A stretch of 64,000 nucleotides of DNA. It comes from Octopus sinensis. Its lineage: Eukaryota. The position numbers and the translations under genes were made by a program. Numbering within the stretch: position 1 is the first letter of the stretch; every line of letters starts with the position of its first letter. The notes beneath the pieces are model-generated. The model saw only the letters and a list, made by a program, of their open reading frames with translations. It did not search any database and was not told where the DNA came from. The stretch covers positions 71,672,001-71,736,000 of the forward strand of contig NC_043007.1 in the NCBI RefSeq assembly GCF_006345805.1, written 5' to 3'. Of this stretch, positions 25,717 to 40,775 are shown piece by piece.

Positions 25717-25834
25717 TGCTTACTGCACCTAGGTTTCCCAAGCGGTCACCCATCTAAGTACTGACTAGGTCGACGTTGCTTAACTTCAGTGATCAGACGA
25801 GAACCGGTGCTTTCAACATGATATGACCGTAAGC
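25717..25834 (-). pseudogene. 5S rRNA pseudogene (solitary copy)
   Basis: Reverse complement GCTTACGGTCATATCATGTTGAAAGCACCGGTTCTCGTCTGATCACTGAAGTTAAGCAACGTCGACCTAGTCAGTACTTAGATGGGTGACCGCTTGGGAAACCTAGGTGCAGTAAGC is colinear with invertebrate 5S and carries many C>T/G>A changes. Confidence 0.88.
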
Positions 25835-25855
25835 CTTATATATATATATATATAT

Positions 25856-25930
<75 letters not shown>

Positions 25931-25938
25931 AATATATA

Positions 25939-26007
<69 letters not shown>

Positions 26008-26239
26008 GTGTATGTATGAACACATGTATAGTTTCATTTGTGTATGAAGGCATTTTTTTAATAATCAATATCAAATTGTCAGATTAACTTTTTTTTCTTT
26101 CCAGTAATTTGAATTAACATAAAAAATATTTTAATTGAAGTGTTTTATAGCATTTAAAAAAAATTTTTTTTTTGTAGCTTCAATCTTTCTCTGCAATTTT
26201 TGTTTTATTGTTTTTGAAATTTCAATAAATCTTATCTCT

Positions 26240-27480
26240 TTTCAGCCTTATGACGATGGAGTGTCATACAACTTCTCTTCACTTTTATTCAAAGTCCGTA
26301 AATTGTTAAAGCTGCTCCAAATATTTGTACCGTGTATGGAGAAGGTGCTATTATTGAAAGGACTGCACAGAAATGGTCTTCATGCTTTGAGATAACAAAA
26401 TCCAACTTCACAAATTCTTTGTGCTCTGGCCAACCTGTTAAGTTCAGTGAGGATAAAATGAATGAGTTGATTCACGAGGTTCCACATCATTCCAGTGAGA
26501 GGCTCTCATGATGCTGTTGCCTGTCATCTTCTCTTGATAGGTAAGGTCCAGAAACTCAGAGCATGAGTGCCACATGTTCAGAATAAGAAAGATAAACTCC
26601 AATGCTTCTCTGCTGCCACTTGTATGCTTGCTCTACAAGAAGGCTTCTCATGGATACAGATTTCTTTACTGCATCATCATCAGTGATGTAAAATGGTGTT
26701 TTGGCTTCAATAACTAACTGGCACTTCATTGATTACTTGATGAGTCTTCCAGTTGATCCAATCTGCTTGTGAAATTAACATGCAAGTGGCTGAACATTCC
26801 ACATACACATATAATCTTCATGTAGTTCTTATAGAGATTTAGTGTAACACGAAATGCGGCTAAGCTGGCCTTTTGAATTAGAGGTACTACACTTTTTTGC
26901 CAGCTGAGTGGACTGGAGCAATGTGAAATAAAGCGTCTTGCCCTGGGACACAACATTCTTCCAGGAATCGAACTCACAACCTTACAGTCATGAACAAAAT
27001 ACTGTGACCTGACCACTAAGCCACACACTTTCACTTTGATTTCAATATAAAGTAGAAGAAAGAATGACTGAGTCCCTACAAGCAAGCAACACCTCAAACC
27101 AAGCTGGAGCTGGATCCATGCAAGGTAATGATCCACATTTGGTGGGAATAGTAATCCACTACAAAATGCTTGAAAATAATCACATGGTTAATGCATAGCT
27201 TTACATTCAGCAAATGCACTCCAGCTGAAACAACCTGACCAGTAGCATGGCATGCCTCTTCAATGTGACAACTCTTGCCCATTCATTACTAATTTGACCA
27301 AAAATGTTATTCAAGAGTTCAGCTTGGAAGTTCTACTGCACTCACCATATTCTTCTCATATCACTCTCCAACAGTCTGTGAAGTATTTCATTCAATGACA
27401 TGAAGCTAAAAGCATAGCTCGATGAATTCTTCAAGTTGATTTCTTCTGTCAAGGCCTTCTCAAGCTCGTGGAATGTTGGC
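26240..27480 (+). mobile_element. Decayed mariner transposase split by a SINE (about 26730-27035)
   Basis: Broken frames AAPNICTVYGEGAIIERTAQKW; SGQPVKFSED; IGKVQKL.A.VPH; KVMIHIWW; VLLHSPYS. Colinear with mariner transposase. Confidence 0.7.
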
Positions 27481-27854
27481 TAGAAGTCATGAACAATGAG
27501 GTAGAATATATTATTGACTGATTTGTTGAATTTTTGATAAAAAATAAGAATTAAAATAAATGGAAAAAGATAAATGAACAAATTTATCTTACAGCCCAAT
27601 AATTTAAAATTTTCATGTGTGTATATATTTGTAAATATATGTGTATGTATATATGAGTATATGTCATGCTGAATCTTTCTGAGAACTACATTAAGGGTAC
27701 GTGTGTCTGGAGTACTCAGCCACTTGCATGTTAATTTCACAAGCAGGCTATTCTGTTGATCGGATCAACTGAAACCCTCATCACTGTAACCAATGGAGTG
27801 TCGCTTATATATGTATAAAATATATATGTATGTGCATATATGCAAGTATATCTA

Positions 27855-27887
<33 letters not shown>

Positions 27888-28847
27888 CTATATATATATG
27901 TGTGTGTGTGTATGAGAATAATAGGTTGCAGTGAAAGACAACAAAGGCACACATGGAAAACATGCACAAAAGATGTGGACATGCTCATTCCTCATTAATT
28001 ATCAATCAAAAATCATTATGATTTTGTGCCGTTATCAATAATATAATATTCATTTGGTGGCATCAACAACAAAAATGCTGCTGGGATATGTGAGTGAGCA
28101 TAAAAAAAACAATGAAAAAAGACAGGGTCTGTAGACTAATTATCCTCATTTAACATCCATGATCCTTGCTGGCATGGGTTGGAACGTTTGACAGGATCCG
28201 ATGGGTCCAAAGACTACATAAGGCTCTAGTGTCTGTTTTAGTATGGTTTCTCTGGCTGGATACCCCTCTTAACACTAACCATTTTACAGTGTACATTGAG
28301 TGCTTTTTTCATGCCACCAACACTAGTGACATTGCCATGCAACCTGCAGGCCTATGAAACCTGAAGGGAGGAGATTTATGCTAGTAAATGAGAGTTAATG
28401 TATGAGAGAAGTGGGTGGGACAGAACAGGTTCTTGTAGGAGAACTACATGGCTACTCACATTTAAGAAAGAGTTAAATAATTGTAATAAGGTGTCCAGGT
28501 TGCACCTCATATATATTTGTGTGTGTGTAAGTATATGTGATCGTATGATATATACACACACACACATATATATAAGTATATGTGAGCTATTAAGTTAGAC
28601 ATGGCCTGGGCCTATACTGGCCAAAACCTATCAAAGTTATATATATAGCTGTGGCTATGTGGTAAGAATTCTGGCATGCATATGGAATCAGAATGCCTGT
28701 TGTGTCCCTGCTGGCCACAACTTTGCCATCTGTTGCAGCTGTCCATGATGCTAATATTTGTAAGCACACCAGCATTGTTATCAAGTGATGTTGGTAGGGC
28801 AAACACAGACACACAAACATATACACACACATACATACATATATATA

Positions 28848-28890
<43 letters not shown>

Positions 28891-31800
28891 TACGATGGGC
28901 TTTTTTCAGTTTCCGTCTACCAAATCCACCCACAAGGTTTTGGTCAGCCTGAGGCTATAGTAGAAGACACTTGCCCAAGGTGCCACACAGTGGGACTGAA
29001 CCCAGAACCATGTGGTTGGTAAGCAAGCTACTTACCACACAGCTACTCCTATGCCTGTATATGTATCACACATTTAATAACAGTTTGGCTCCGCGTCAAT
29101 GTTTCATAGATGTAGGCAACATCAGCCTCATCAGATGTTCACGGAGAGTGAGGAGAATTTAAAAGTAATTTAAAATAGCTTCTTGATATTTAAGCCTTCA
29201 CTGATCAGTTCAGGTCATGTGATTGTTTAAGCTATCAAAGCAATATCAGTTATTTTTATCTTTGGTTCACATATTGTGAATAGAATGTTGCTATGATGTT
29301 GGTGTGACTTTGTCAGCATTTGCAGGTTGATATATTCAACAATACCAGTTCTTTACATTGGATACACACATGGTAGGGTACACAAGGCATAGGTATCAGT
29401 CAGTCGCCATTCTTTAGAGTATGGTACCTAAGTGATAACAGTTATCACATTGTGGGTGGGAGATCAATATGATGTTGTTAGGTTACAAGTGAGTTTGGCT
29501 GACTGACATGAGTAGATTGTAATCTCTATAGGCAGTGGAAATTGTAAACCCTGCTGTTATGTGGAGGCAACTTGGCTTATGTTGGTATATCTGAGTTATC
29601 AAAGACTCAAAGTTTATTAACAGGGAATACCTCAGGTGGCAACAGTAAGTTAGATCAGGTTTCCTATTGATAGATACTGTAGACTGGTGAAGTATGTGCA
29701 AGGAAACCATACATATTCAGACTCATTTGTATGTACATACATATGCTCATACATGTATGCACACTTAATTGCACATATGTGTATATAAAGGCTATCTTGT
29801 ATTGACTCATATGCATGTACATATGTATATAGACTCACTTGTATATTCATTCACACACACACACATAAATCAATAGGCACAGATCAACATACTTAGTAGT
29901 GTGATGCACATTGATATCTACAAAACAAGGCTCAGTCACTATTACCCAACAACATTGCCCCATCTTTCAGTTATTTATTTCTTTTACTAACCACAAGGGG
30001 CTAAACACAGAGGGTACAAACAAGAACAGACAAATGGATTAAGTCAATTACATCGACCCCAGTGCGTAAACTGGTATTTAATTTATCGACCCCGAAAGGA
30101 TGAAAGGCAAAGTCGACCTCTGCGGAATTTGAACTCAGACCGTAATGGCAGGCGAAATACCGCTAAGCATTTTGCCCAGCATGCTAACTTTTCTGCCAGC
30201 TCGCCGCCTTTTCAGTTATCATGTTTTGCTAGAACAAAACTGAAGCTGTTCACTAACTATACTACCACTTAATACTTGTCACAACATGTAGAAAATATAT
30301 TCTCCATTTTACATTTTCTATAAAATGAAACAATTTCTTCCATTTTATTCTCTCAGCCACTCTTATACACACATTGAATATTATTCATCACATACTGACC
30401 CTACTGAGATACAACAAAAGTGTTGATTTTATATTTTCTACAAATTCATACCCATTCTTTCCTTGCATACAAAAAGCCATTTCTCAGTTATTATTAGACT
30501 TGAATGCAATAAAGAAGGAACTAATTAGTAAGCTACTAATTACTAGGCAACTAATTAAGTTTCAATCAACTTGGTTTGACTCAGTTTCATTCTTTTAGAT
30601 TCTGCACAGAGAACCAGGTTATTAATGTGTGTACATTCTTACAGAGAGATTTTATTTAAACTCCACAATAATAACAACTGATGAGGGTTGAGAGCTGAAA
30701 CTTGGTGAACACTTGACATAAAACTAAATTCCTAACTGAAATCATTCTCAATCCTGATTGTACTATGAACATCTTACACCTTGTTTATGAAACTTCAAGC
30801 CATCATATTCAATCTAGAACTTTCTCTTGATAAACAGCTACAACTTTAAATCTTTGTAATCTCTAACTGTTCACCAAACTCAAACTACAACCCTTCCAAT
30901 TTTAGACTGTTTTGTACTAAATTTGAGATGACTAATTTTTTTTTCTTCCATTCTTGGTTTAATGAGACTCTTAATAATATTACTTTTCTAACGCATCTTT
31001 TCTCCTGTAACACCTGGCAAAGGTTCTTGCATGTCAGTTAACAATGGGTGTATTATTTTCTTGCTTAGTTTTATTGAGGCGTATTCAGAAACAGAGATAC
31101 AGCAAGCTGAGGCTTCCTACATTTCAACAACTATTCCTGAAATACCAGCTGTTTCTATTATCTTCATTCTGTTAATCTCACAATTAGTTCTTTTAGTATT
31201 CAATAGATTCCCACTATCCCACTTCCGTGATTTTTCTTTTCACTATGAATAAATGCTTCTTTATTCCAGATGCATTTCCATCCAGAGAGCTTTACAAAAG
31301 CTGTTTTTGTTTGGTTTCCTTTGAGTTTGTTAAACTTTTAACCAACATTCATATTCCCTCAAATGAAATTAAAAGGTCCCTTATGTATAACAACATAAAC
31401 TCTTTTTTGAGTAATACTGTTTGTATATAGGACTTTTTGAATTCAAGGAACCTGACTGTTGTTAACTATAATGCAAATTATATTCTTTTCTACTCTAAGC
31501 ACAAGGCCCGAACTTTTGGGGAAGGGGCCAGTCAATTATATCGATCTCAGTACACAACTGGTACTTAATTTATTGACCCCAAAAGGATGAAAGGCAAGTT
31601 GACCTCGGCAGAATTTGAACTCAGAATGTAAAGACAGGTGAAATACCGCTAAGCATTTTACCCAGCATGCTAACATTTCTGCCAGCTAGTCAAAAATTAT
31701 ATTCATTTCTAATCTAGGCACAAGGCCCGAAATTTTGGGGGAGGGGGCCAGTCGATTAGAGTGACCCAGTACACAACTGATACTTAATCTATTGACCCCA

Positions 31801-34800
31801 AAATTATATTAAATTATTAAATTATATTAGATTATTAAAACAATTTTGAGTTAATGCAATATTCATAATGACTCATAACAAAACATGAATATAATCCTTA
31901 CAGCTTTTATATAGATAATTGAATATTTTATTTCAGTGAGGCTTGAGAAATAGGTGAATAGTTTTAATAGATGAATATTGAAATCACAGGATAAATTATT
32001 TGTTAATAGGCAGGTTAAAATTAGTTGAGGTGGACTAAAGAAAACCATTTTAAAAGCCATGCATGAAATGTTCAAATTTAAGAATAAAGGTAAATTTAAC
32101 CATAGAAGGATTTATTTCAAGAAACATTTTAAAATATAGTTTAAAATTTTTTAAATATCCAAAATATTTCACATAAAATGCCATGAAAAATTTACAGTAA
32201 AATTTCTGTATTTTATTTAACAACACAGAAAATTGGCCAATGAAAAATATTTTGAAAATTAACAGAAAAATTTGTTGAAAGAAGGAAATGAAATTAAATA
32301 TAAACATTTTTACTATTTCCTTCTGAAAATAATGAAAGTAATAATAATAATAATTTCTGAGATAGGCACAAGGCCACACATTTAGGAAAAGAGAACAGTC
32401 AATTAAAGTCAACCCCAGTATTTGGCTGGTACTTTATTTTATCAACCTCAGAAGGATGACAGGCAAAGTTAACCTTGATAGGTTTTGAACTCAGAATGTA
32501 ACTAAATGCTGTAAAGCATTTTGTTTGTTTCTTCTTACTAATTCAACCAACCCACAGCCATCAGGAATAATATCAATGATAATAGTAAAGCAAAAACTTT
32601 TGAATGGGATAAGAAGATTCAGTTAGTTTTCCATATTACTTTCCACACTTTTAGAATGTTAAAAAAAAAAAAAACTTTGAATAAAGAAAACATTTAGTGA
32701 AGGCACCAAAGGTAAAATGGTAACCGCCAACATTGAAAACAGAATTTTAAAAGTAATTTCAGAAACTTACCAGAAAAATTATATAATAGTGTATAAAATA
32801 TAAAATTGGTGAGTTATCATTAAAAAAAAAACTGTATATTCATATAATTGAGCTGAATTTCAATCATAAAATTGGAAAATGGTATGGAAAAATCACAATT
32901 GTATTTTTATATTTCAACAGGCAAAAATGAAAAAAAGAGAGAGATAAGATTTTATTTAAATCTGACATTATTGACATTATATTGAAAATATGTAAAATAA
33001 GCGTGATGGTTGAAAATATTTAAAATATCTGTTTCCGTGAAGAATATTATTGGAATGGTCTGCTTTGAGAAATGAGAAATAATTTCAAGGATCATGCAAA
33101 CCAAAATTATATCAAATGTGGGAAAATATGTTATCAAGTTTTGTTTAGATATATATGTGGTTGAATCAATACTTCTTTTTTTAAATATATATTTTAAATA
33201 AAATTAGAACTGAGTTGTAACTAATTCAATTGATATAAAATAATGTCCTAAAGATATTATATTATGGTTTTGCCAATATACACTCACCTTTATACATGTA
33301 TTCAATAACAATATCAAACATTAGAATGAAAAAACAAAATGTATAGTAAATAATTATTTTTAAAATATTTTCATAATTTTAAAGTGAATAAATTTTTGCT
33401 GTAAATAATAAAATCGTTTCATATAAAATGATAGTAGAAAAATATAGTGCATTTTATATTGATAAAAACTTATGATTTTAATTATTAATACTAAAAATGC
33501 TGATAAACAAATAACAATTAAAACTAAAAGATGCTAATATTAAGAGATAGTGTGACAGAAACTTCATAATTTAATTACTAAGCAGCATTTAGTTTCATCC
33601 TACAACACTTACAATTCTAATCCTGCAAAGATTTACCTTCCATTATTTTTGACATCATTAAGTGCCAGACATGTATATTTGATTCCACTGACTATATCCT
33701 TTCCCTGAAACTTTCTGGTTTTATGTAAATATTCAGAGGATGTTTACAAATACATGGAATTTGGTGAAATTTTTGGTAACAAAACACTAAAATTAAAATA
33801 GTACATAGGGAAATGAGCTGAATACAGCCACCAAGTGGTGACTGAAAGATTTGCTCAATAAAAACTGTACACAGCATGTATCCCTTTGCTCATCAAGCGA
33901 GTTGTTTATGAAACCAAATCTATTTCAACTGGACAGAAGCTGCAGAAACTATTGGTTGTCAGTTAAATAGAGTCTAATAAAAATCTAATTCAAGAAAACA
34001 CTGTTCAAAGCTGATATTTCCTTATGTACTATCATTAACTTGATTCTACAACTACTAGAGATTTGTTATTGGGAAATTTAACAGTTATCTCCATATTATA
34101 TGAAATCTAACATATTTAGTATCATGAACCAAAACGAATTATTAAACAACAGAAAATAATGAGAGGAAAACTCATTAAATTATAATTCTTGTCAATGAAG
34201 ACAAAGAAGGTAACTTGATAATTTAAATTGATTAAAAAATAAATGGTTATGACAAAGCACTATAAATTTAGAAACAGCAAAAAAATACTTTGCTTCTGTG
34301 AATTTATTATTACTGTTTCACACACACATAAATATAGAGAAGCCTGCCCCAGGTTCCACGCAGTGGGACTGGACATAAAATTATGTAGTTCTGAAACAAA
34401 TTTCTTAAACATACAGGCATGCCTCCACCTCTCTCTCTCTCCCTCTCCCCCTCTCTCCCCCTCTCTGTGTATTCATATATATGTGTGTGTATATATATAT
34501 TTGTGTCATGTAACTATATGTTTGTGTGTATATTTAACTAATAGTAACAGATCAATAAAGCTGCCTGCTTGAGAAATTAATATGCAAGTGGCTGAGCACT
34601 TCACAGACATGTGTACCCTTAACATAGTTATCAGGGAGATTCAGCATAGCAAAGAGTGTGACAAGGCTTTGAAATACAGGTGCTACTCATTTTTGCCAGC
34701 TGAGTAAACTGGAATAAAGCATTTTGCTCAAGGATGCAACACGTTGTCAGTAACTGAACTCACAACCTTACAATCATAAGCCTAATGCCCTAACCACTAA

Positions 34801-34813
34801 GCCACACACACAG

Positions 34814-34850
<37 letters not shown>

Positions 34851-34964
34851 GGCATGTGACCTAGTTGATAGGATTGTTCTACTCACAATCATTAGATCAT
34901 GGGTTGGATTCCCAGACTAGCTGCACATTGTTTTCTTGAGCAAAGCATTTCATTTCACATTGCT

Positions 34965-35430
34965 CCCATATCTTCCTGGGTCTACCTCTTCCACAGGTTC
35001 CCTCCACCATTAGGGAGTGACGCTTTTTCACACAGCTGTTCTCATCTGCACACATGACATGCCCATACCAGCGCAATTGTTTTTCTTGCACACAACATCT
35101 GATACTTCTTATGTCCAACTTCTCTCTCAGGATGCTTACACTCTGTCATGCATGCACACTGACATTACACATCCAGCAGAGCATACTAGCTGCATTTCTT
35201 TCAAGTCTACACATGTCCTCAGCACTCATAGCCCATGCTTCACTGCTGTGTAGCATGGCTGTTTGCACACAGGTATCATATAGTCTACCTTTCACTCTGA
35301 GGGAGAGCTCCTTTATTACCAGGAGAGGCAGGAGTTCTCTGAACTTTGCCCAGCCTATTCTTATTCGAGCAGCTACACTCCCAGAGCTTCCCCTCCCCCT
35401 ACTGACTTGGTCACCTAGGTAATGGAAGCT
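34965..35430 (-). mobile_element. RTE-clade LINE RT C-terminal fragment
   Basis: RIRIGWAKFRELLPLL...LRVKGRLY...DIRSIRCCVQEKQLRWYGHVM...GRGRPRKIWE. Confidence 0.85.
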
Positions 35431-36245
35431 ATCAACTGCTTCAACAAATTCAACAAATTATTTGGGTCAGCTTTAATTATCTTTAGAATCTCACATCCAC
35501 ATGGTCAGCAGATTTTTTCTACTACTTAGATAAGAATTTGCAAATTTTAATATGGACTATAGCAATTCATGAGGAACATTTGAGCTTTCAAACTGAAGAT
35601 ATATTCAACAAGGGATGTAGAATTCTTTAGGGTGTCTTTAGAAAATAAATGGCAATGCAAGTAATATTTTTTCCCCCAAAATTAGGAGAACTAATAGAGA
35701 ATTTAAAAAAGTTATGGGGTTTAACAGTAGATTTATAAACTACATTATTACATTTGCAGTGACCATTGGGTGAACAAATAGCTTTCACTCTACAGTTACA
35801 ATGTTTTTATTAAGGTTGGCAAGGAAGAATTCTTAAATACAGGTACAAAATTGATATCTTTGATATTAGAAGTTTATTATTTCTAACTTTTTTTATCCTT
35901 ATAATTTATGCTGCATTTACTTTTTTTATCAACTGTGTTAATATTACTATAATCACCACCACCATTTAGCGTCCGCTTTCCATGCTAGCATGAGTTGGAC
36001 GGTTCAACTGGGGTCTGTGAAGCCAGACGGCTGCATCAGGCCCAGTCTGATCTGGCAGTGTTTCTACGGCTGGATGCCCTTCCCAACGCCAACCACTCCG
36101 TGAGTGTAGTGGGTGCTTTTTACGTGCCACCCGCACATTGTTATTATTATTGTTGTTGTTGTTGTTATGTTTTTTCCTTCTTTCTTCAAATTTTCTTCCG
36201 TTTCTCGCCAAGTGTTTTCCATACACCTAATCATTATTATTATTA

Positions 36246-36303
<58 letters not shown>

Positions 36304-38599
36304 CATAGTCATTATGATGATCATCAATACTATTACAATCTTTATTAGCACCATTATTATTATTATTATTATTATTATTGTTATTGTTGTTGTTTGTGGT
36401 ACTAGGGTAATTAATATGATCACTCTACCTACTTCATGAACATCATTATAATTGATATTATTATATTATTGTCAGCAGATCAATTATTACTGGTATTAAA
36501 ATTTTTGGTACGTGTAGAAATATGAAAAATTTGTGTGCAATTCTTGTTTTGACATTCTTTTGAAAATGGAACATAATACCAGGTAATATTCCATTCCTCA
36601 CTTTTTTTAAAATCATTCAATGACAAGTTGTTATGATTTTGAGTGACACAAGAGCCACAAAAATTTCTAAGACAGCTATTGCCCATATTCTTCAAGTTGA
36701 AAGATGTAGATAAGAAATATATTGCCGTGGAACAGATTAACAGAACAGAATATGAACTGTTGTTTCAGGAGAAGCTGACTCAGCATATATTCAACTCAGC
36801 AAATATTCAACTATCTCACTTATTTGTAAAAAATATTTCATGGAGTGTACCACAGAACTGTGAGAATCCAAACAATAACACATCTATTTATTCTTAATAC
36901 ATTCTGACAGATCTGAATGTGAATATCTGATCGCTATTGTGTTCCATTGATATAAAGAACTCCTCCTCTTTTTAGATGATGTGTGTTCATAACACACGTG
37001 ATTCACCAGTGTAAAGAATTATAAATACACATTGGCTAATGGTAGGAGGTGTTCTTTATTGACAAAAAAATGACAGCCATTGGATATTCCTTAGTTATGT
37101 TATAGTTTGTACAAATTACAAACAAAAGATTTATGGGAGGAATCTAGGAAAAGGAAAGAATATTAAAAAAGAGAGATTTAAAAAACTATTTGACCAACAG
37201 ATATTACTAGTATTAAAAAGTACTGTGGTTTTTTTAACATATCTGTTTGCTATATCTTCAGTTTCTTTACAAGTAAGATTTGAATCTAATCTAACATTGA
37301 TATAAATTTGATAGAATTTAATGAAATGTTAGATGCAATTTTGAGAATATATAGTTAGCATCAACATTCGTCATTTAATGTCCATGTTCCATGCTGGCAT
37401 GGGTTGGATGGTCTGACAGGAGCCAATGGGCTGGAGGACTACATTGTACACCAGTGTCTATTTGGCAAGGTGTCTATGGCTGGATGCTCTTCCTAACACC
37501 AACCACTTTACAATGTGTACTGGGTAATTTCTACGTACCACCAGTACAAATGAGATTGTCAAGAGGTTTCAAAGATTATGAACTGAATGGGGAGAATATG
37601 GAGTAGAGAAAAGTAAAGTATTAGAGAAAAGAACCAGAGCAAAGTAGGTTCCTTGCTGTAGAAAAGCTACTTGGCTATCCACATTTTAGAAGTGAGGGTG
37701 GGAGTGTGGATGAAAAGTAATAGAAGTGGGGAACTAAATGCATTCATTAGGAATATTGATTATTTGAAGTGTAATTCAATTATATATGATGTTGGTTAAA
37801 ATTATTGGTTAGTTTACTCTTAACCAAAATGTGGGAAATTTAGTTATCTATAATTTTATCTCTAGACTATATATGCTTTATTGAGCTCTAGTTCTGAGTC
37901 GATAAACAAATAACCCAACTTGATTACAAGATGAATTGATTGAATTTAATGAGATTATCTGACTATATTGGTAAGATATGTTAGAAGCTACTGAAGGCAG
38001 CTTGAGCTTACAAATTATTAAATTAGACTGAATTCAAATCCATTATATTAGCAGGAGTGTAAATGTGTGTTGAGTATGAGTAGGTGTTTCTGTAATAAAT
38101 ATTTTATTAAATTAAAAGCAAACATGAAATACTGGTTTTAATTCTAATTTTTCAACTGTAATTAACAACAACAGCTAATTAGAATTATATTAAAAAAAAA
38201 ATTATTTCTAAGGTATAAGTTTCTAAAATTCTTAGGATCAGTATGCTTTCAAACATTTAGCTCTTTAGTATCAATCAGCTTATTATGAGTCTAGTCCAAC
38301 AAAAAAACAGAATGAGTGTGTATCATGAAATATATATACATTCTTTTATTCTTTTATTCTTTTCTTTGCTTCAATCATTTGACTGTGACCATGCTAGAGT
38401 ATCACCTTTAGTCGAGCAAATCAACCCCAGAAATTATTTTTTGTAAGCCTATACTTATTCTATTGGCCTCTTTTGCTGAACCACTAAAGTTATAGAGATG
38501 TAAACATCCCAACATCAGTTGTCAAGAGATGGTGGGGGGACAAGCACAGATGCACAAATACATACACACACACACACACATATATATACATATATATAA

Positions 38600-38630
<31 letters not shown>

Positions 38631-39098
38631 ATATGAGAAAAGGTGAAGAAAATGTTGAGTTTTCTCATACATATATATGAGAAAAGGTTGAGTGGATTGT
38701 CTGTGTTTGTTTCCCCATTACCACTGTTGTTGGTGTTGGTGTGTTTACATGCCCATAACTTAGCAGTTCAGCAAATGATATCAATAGAATAAATACTAGG
38801 TTTAACAAATAAGTCCTGGGGTTCATTTGTTTGACTAAAACCCTTCAAGGTGGTGCTTCTGCATTGCCACAGTCAAATGATTGAAACAAGTAAAAGAAAA
38901 AAGATATATATATACATATATATATATATAGGAGCAGGCATAGCTGTGTAGTAAGAAGCTTGCTTCTCAACCACATGGTTCCAGGTTCAGTCCTACTGTG
39001 TAGCACCTTGTCTTCTACTACTATAGCCTTGGGCTGACCAAAACCTTGTGAGTGAATTTGGTAGATGGAAACTGAAAGAAGCCCATTGTACATGTATA

Positions 39099-39132
<34 letters not shown>

Positions 39133-39134
39133 GA

Positions 39135-39820
39135 TAAGAAGGCTGAGGGTGTCTTGGCATCACTCACCAAATCCTTTGTGAGCCGCTCTCCGGCTATCTA
39201 TCTGCGGCTTTATATAGCTATGGTAAGACCTCACCTGGAATTTGCATCACCGGTCTGGAACCCCTATGTTGCCCAGGATATCAATCATCTGGAAGCTGTT
39301 CAGCGACGTGTAACCAAAAGAATACCCTCCATCAGGCATTTGCCATATCCTGAACGCCTTACTTCCCTGGGCATGGACACATTGAAACTCCGACGTCTGG
39401 CAGCTGACTTGGCAGACACCCATAAAATTATCAACCATCGTACAAACAATAACTCTGAGCACCTTTTCAAACTCCACCCATCTAACACCCGTGGACATAT
39501 TTACAAAGTAAGAAAACAGCACAGCTCCCATGACTTCAGGAAACATTTTTTCACGCTGAGAGTTGCTGAAGCATGGAACAAACTGCCGGCATCAGTTGTT
39601 AGTTGTCGGAGCACTGCATCCTTCAAAACTTCCATGCTTCCTGAGATTCGCCAACACTACACTTGATTTTCTCCCCTCCATACACACACAAGCATGTATC
39701 TGACTCATACATTGTTCGCTTTCCAGACATTTCTACATTACTGCATGTACTTTATATGCACTTTCTGACAAGTTGTGGTGCACCTGAGCACTGTATACAA
39801 TAATTTCATTATTATTATTA
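39135..39820 (+). mobile_element. 5'-truncated CR1/L2-group LINE (RT C-terminus, 3' UTR, (ATT)n tail)
   Basis: Uninterrupted 170-aa frame LYIAMVRPHLEFASPVWNPY...LEAVQRRVTKRI...YPERL..LGM.TL..RR...TRGH.YK...FF..RV...WNKLP, followed by a 3' UTR ending in ATT repeats. Confidence 0.92.
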
Positions 39821-40254
39821 TATTGTTATTATTTATATATATATATATATACATATATATTCATATATATATGTATGTATATGCTTGTGTGTTTGTGTTT
39901 GTCCCCCACACCATCGCTTGACAACCGATGTGGGTGTATTTACATCCCCATAACCTAGTAGTTTGGCAAAAGGGACTGATAAAATAAGTACTAGGCTTAC
40001 AAAGAATAAGTCTTGGGGGCCAATTCATTCGACTAGAGGTGGTGCTCCAGCATGGCTGCAGTCAAATGACTGAAACGAATAGAAAAATAAAAGAAAAGAA
40101 CATGTGTGCATGCATGCGTGTGTGTGTGTGTGTGTGTATGCATGTGTATGTGTAATGTGTCCTCACAAAAATGTATACACATTTTAGCTGCTGGTAACTA
40201 ACTTAATTTCCTTTTCCTTTTAGATTTAACACATTTGAAATGATGAAGCCAGCC

Positions 40255-40775
40255 AGACTAAGTTTTGAACAGCTAAAATTCATTTTGTGTTGCAACTGAA
40301 AGTTTGAAAAGACAGTTCAGTCACAGTGCAAAGACAGTTTGGAAGTGAGTTTCAAATAGATCGAGCCACACCGCTTGCCATCTCTTGAATTAGTGATAAG
40401 TTTGAAGCTGATGGAGCATTTCAGAAACGTCCACAAGAAACATTCCAAAAATAAGGCAGACATCAATGAGCCCCACAAAGCATAAAATGACTACTAGAAA
40501 CATATAGCTAGAGTTTAAGAAAATTTGTGTTGGAAGCAAGTCATGAGATGAGAATTCCAAAACCAAGTATCATTCACATCTTGAAGTTCTGTCATTGGAA
40601 GAGTTACATTCCAAGACTAGTCCATCTCAATGAAGATGATCCAGACTGCAGAGTAGAGTTTTGTAAGTGGAACTTGACATGATGAGTACAAGATGCACAC
40701 ATTCCAACAAAGATTGTTTGAGGTGATGAGGCTACATTTAAATTCAATGGCTCAATTAGTTTCCACAATTGCCAT
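40255..40775 (+). mobile_element. Decayed Tc1/mariner-superfamily transposase N-terminal half (DUF4817-type HTH)
   Basis: Broken frames MKPARLSFEQ.KFIL; VQRQF.SEFQ; I.DKFEADG; CHWKSYIPRLV..NEDDPD.RVEFC.W; DEATFK.NG. Confidence 0.7.

Noticed and set aside
29095-29140. Minus-strand CTGATGA...GAAA hammerhead-like motif
   Set aside because: There is no UH triplet or stem I, and the base of stem II is unpaired.
30678-30710. CTGATGAGGGTTGAGAGCTGAAAC hammerhead-like motif and possible PLE fossil upstream
   Set aside because: Stems II and III pair poorly, and the translated similarity is too weak to support.
31860-33880. Hydrophobic minus-strand ORFs resembling membrane-protein segments
   Set aside because: The F/I/L richness is explained by AT-rich composition; there are no family motifs or coherent splice structure.
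36643-36897. 84-aa ORF with natural-looking composition
   Set aside because: No recognisable motif, and the flanking frames are broken. A translated search would be needed.
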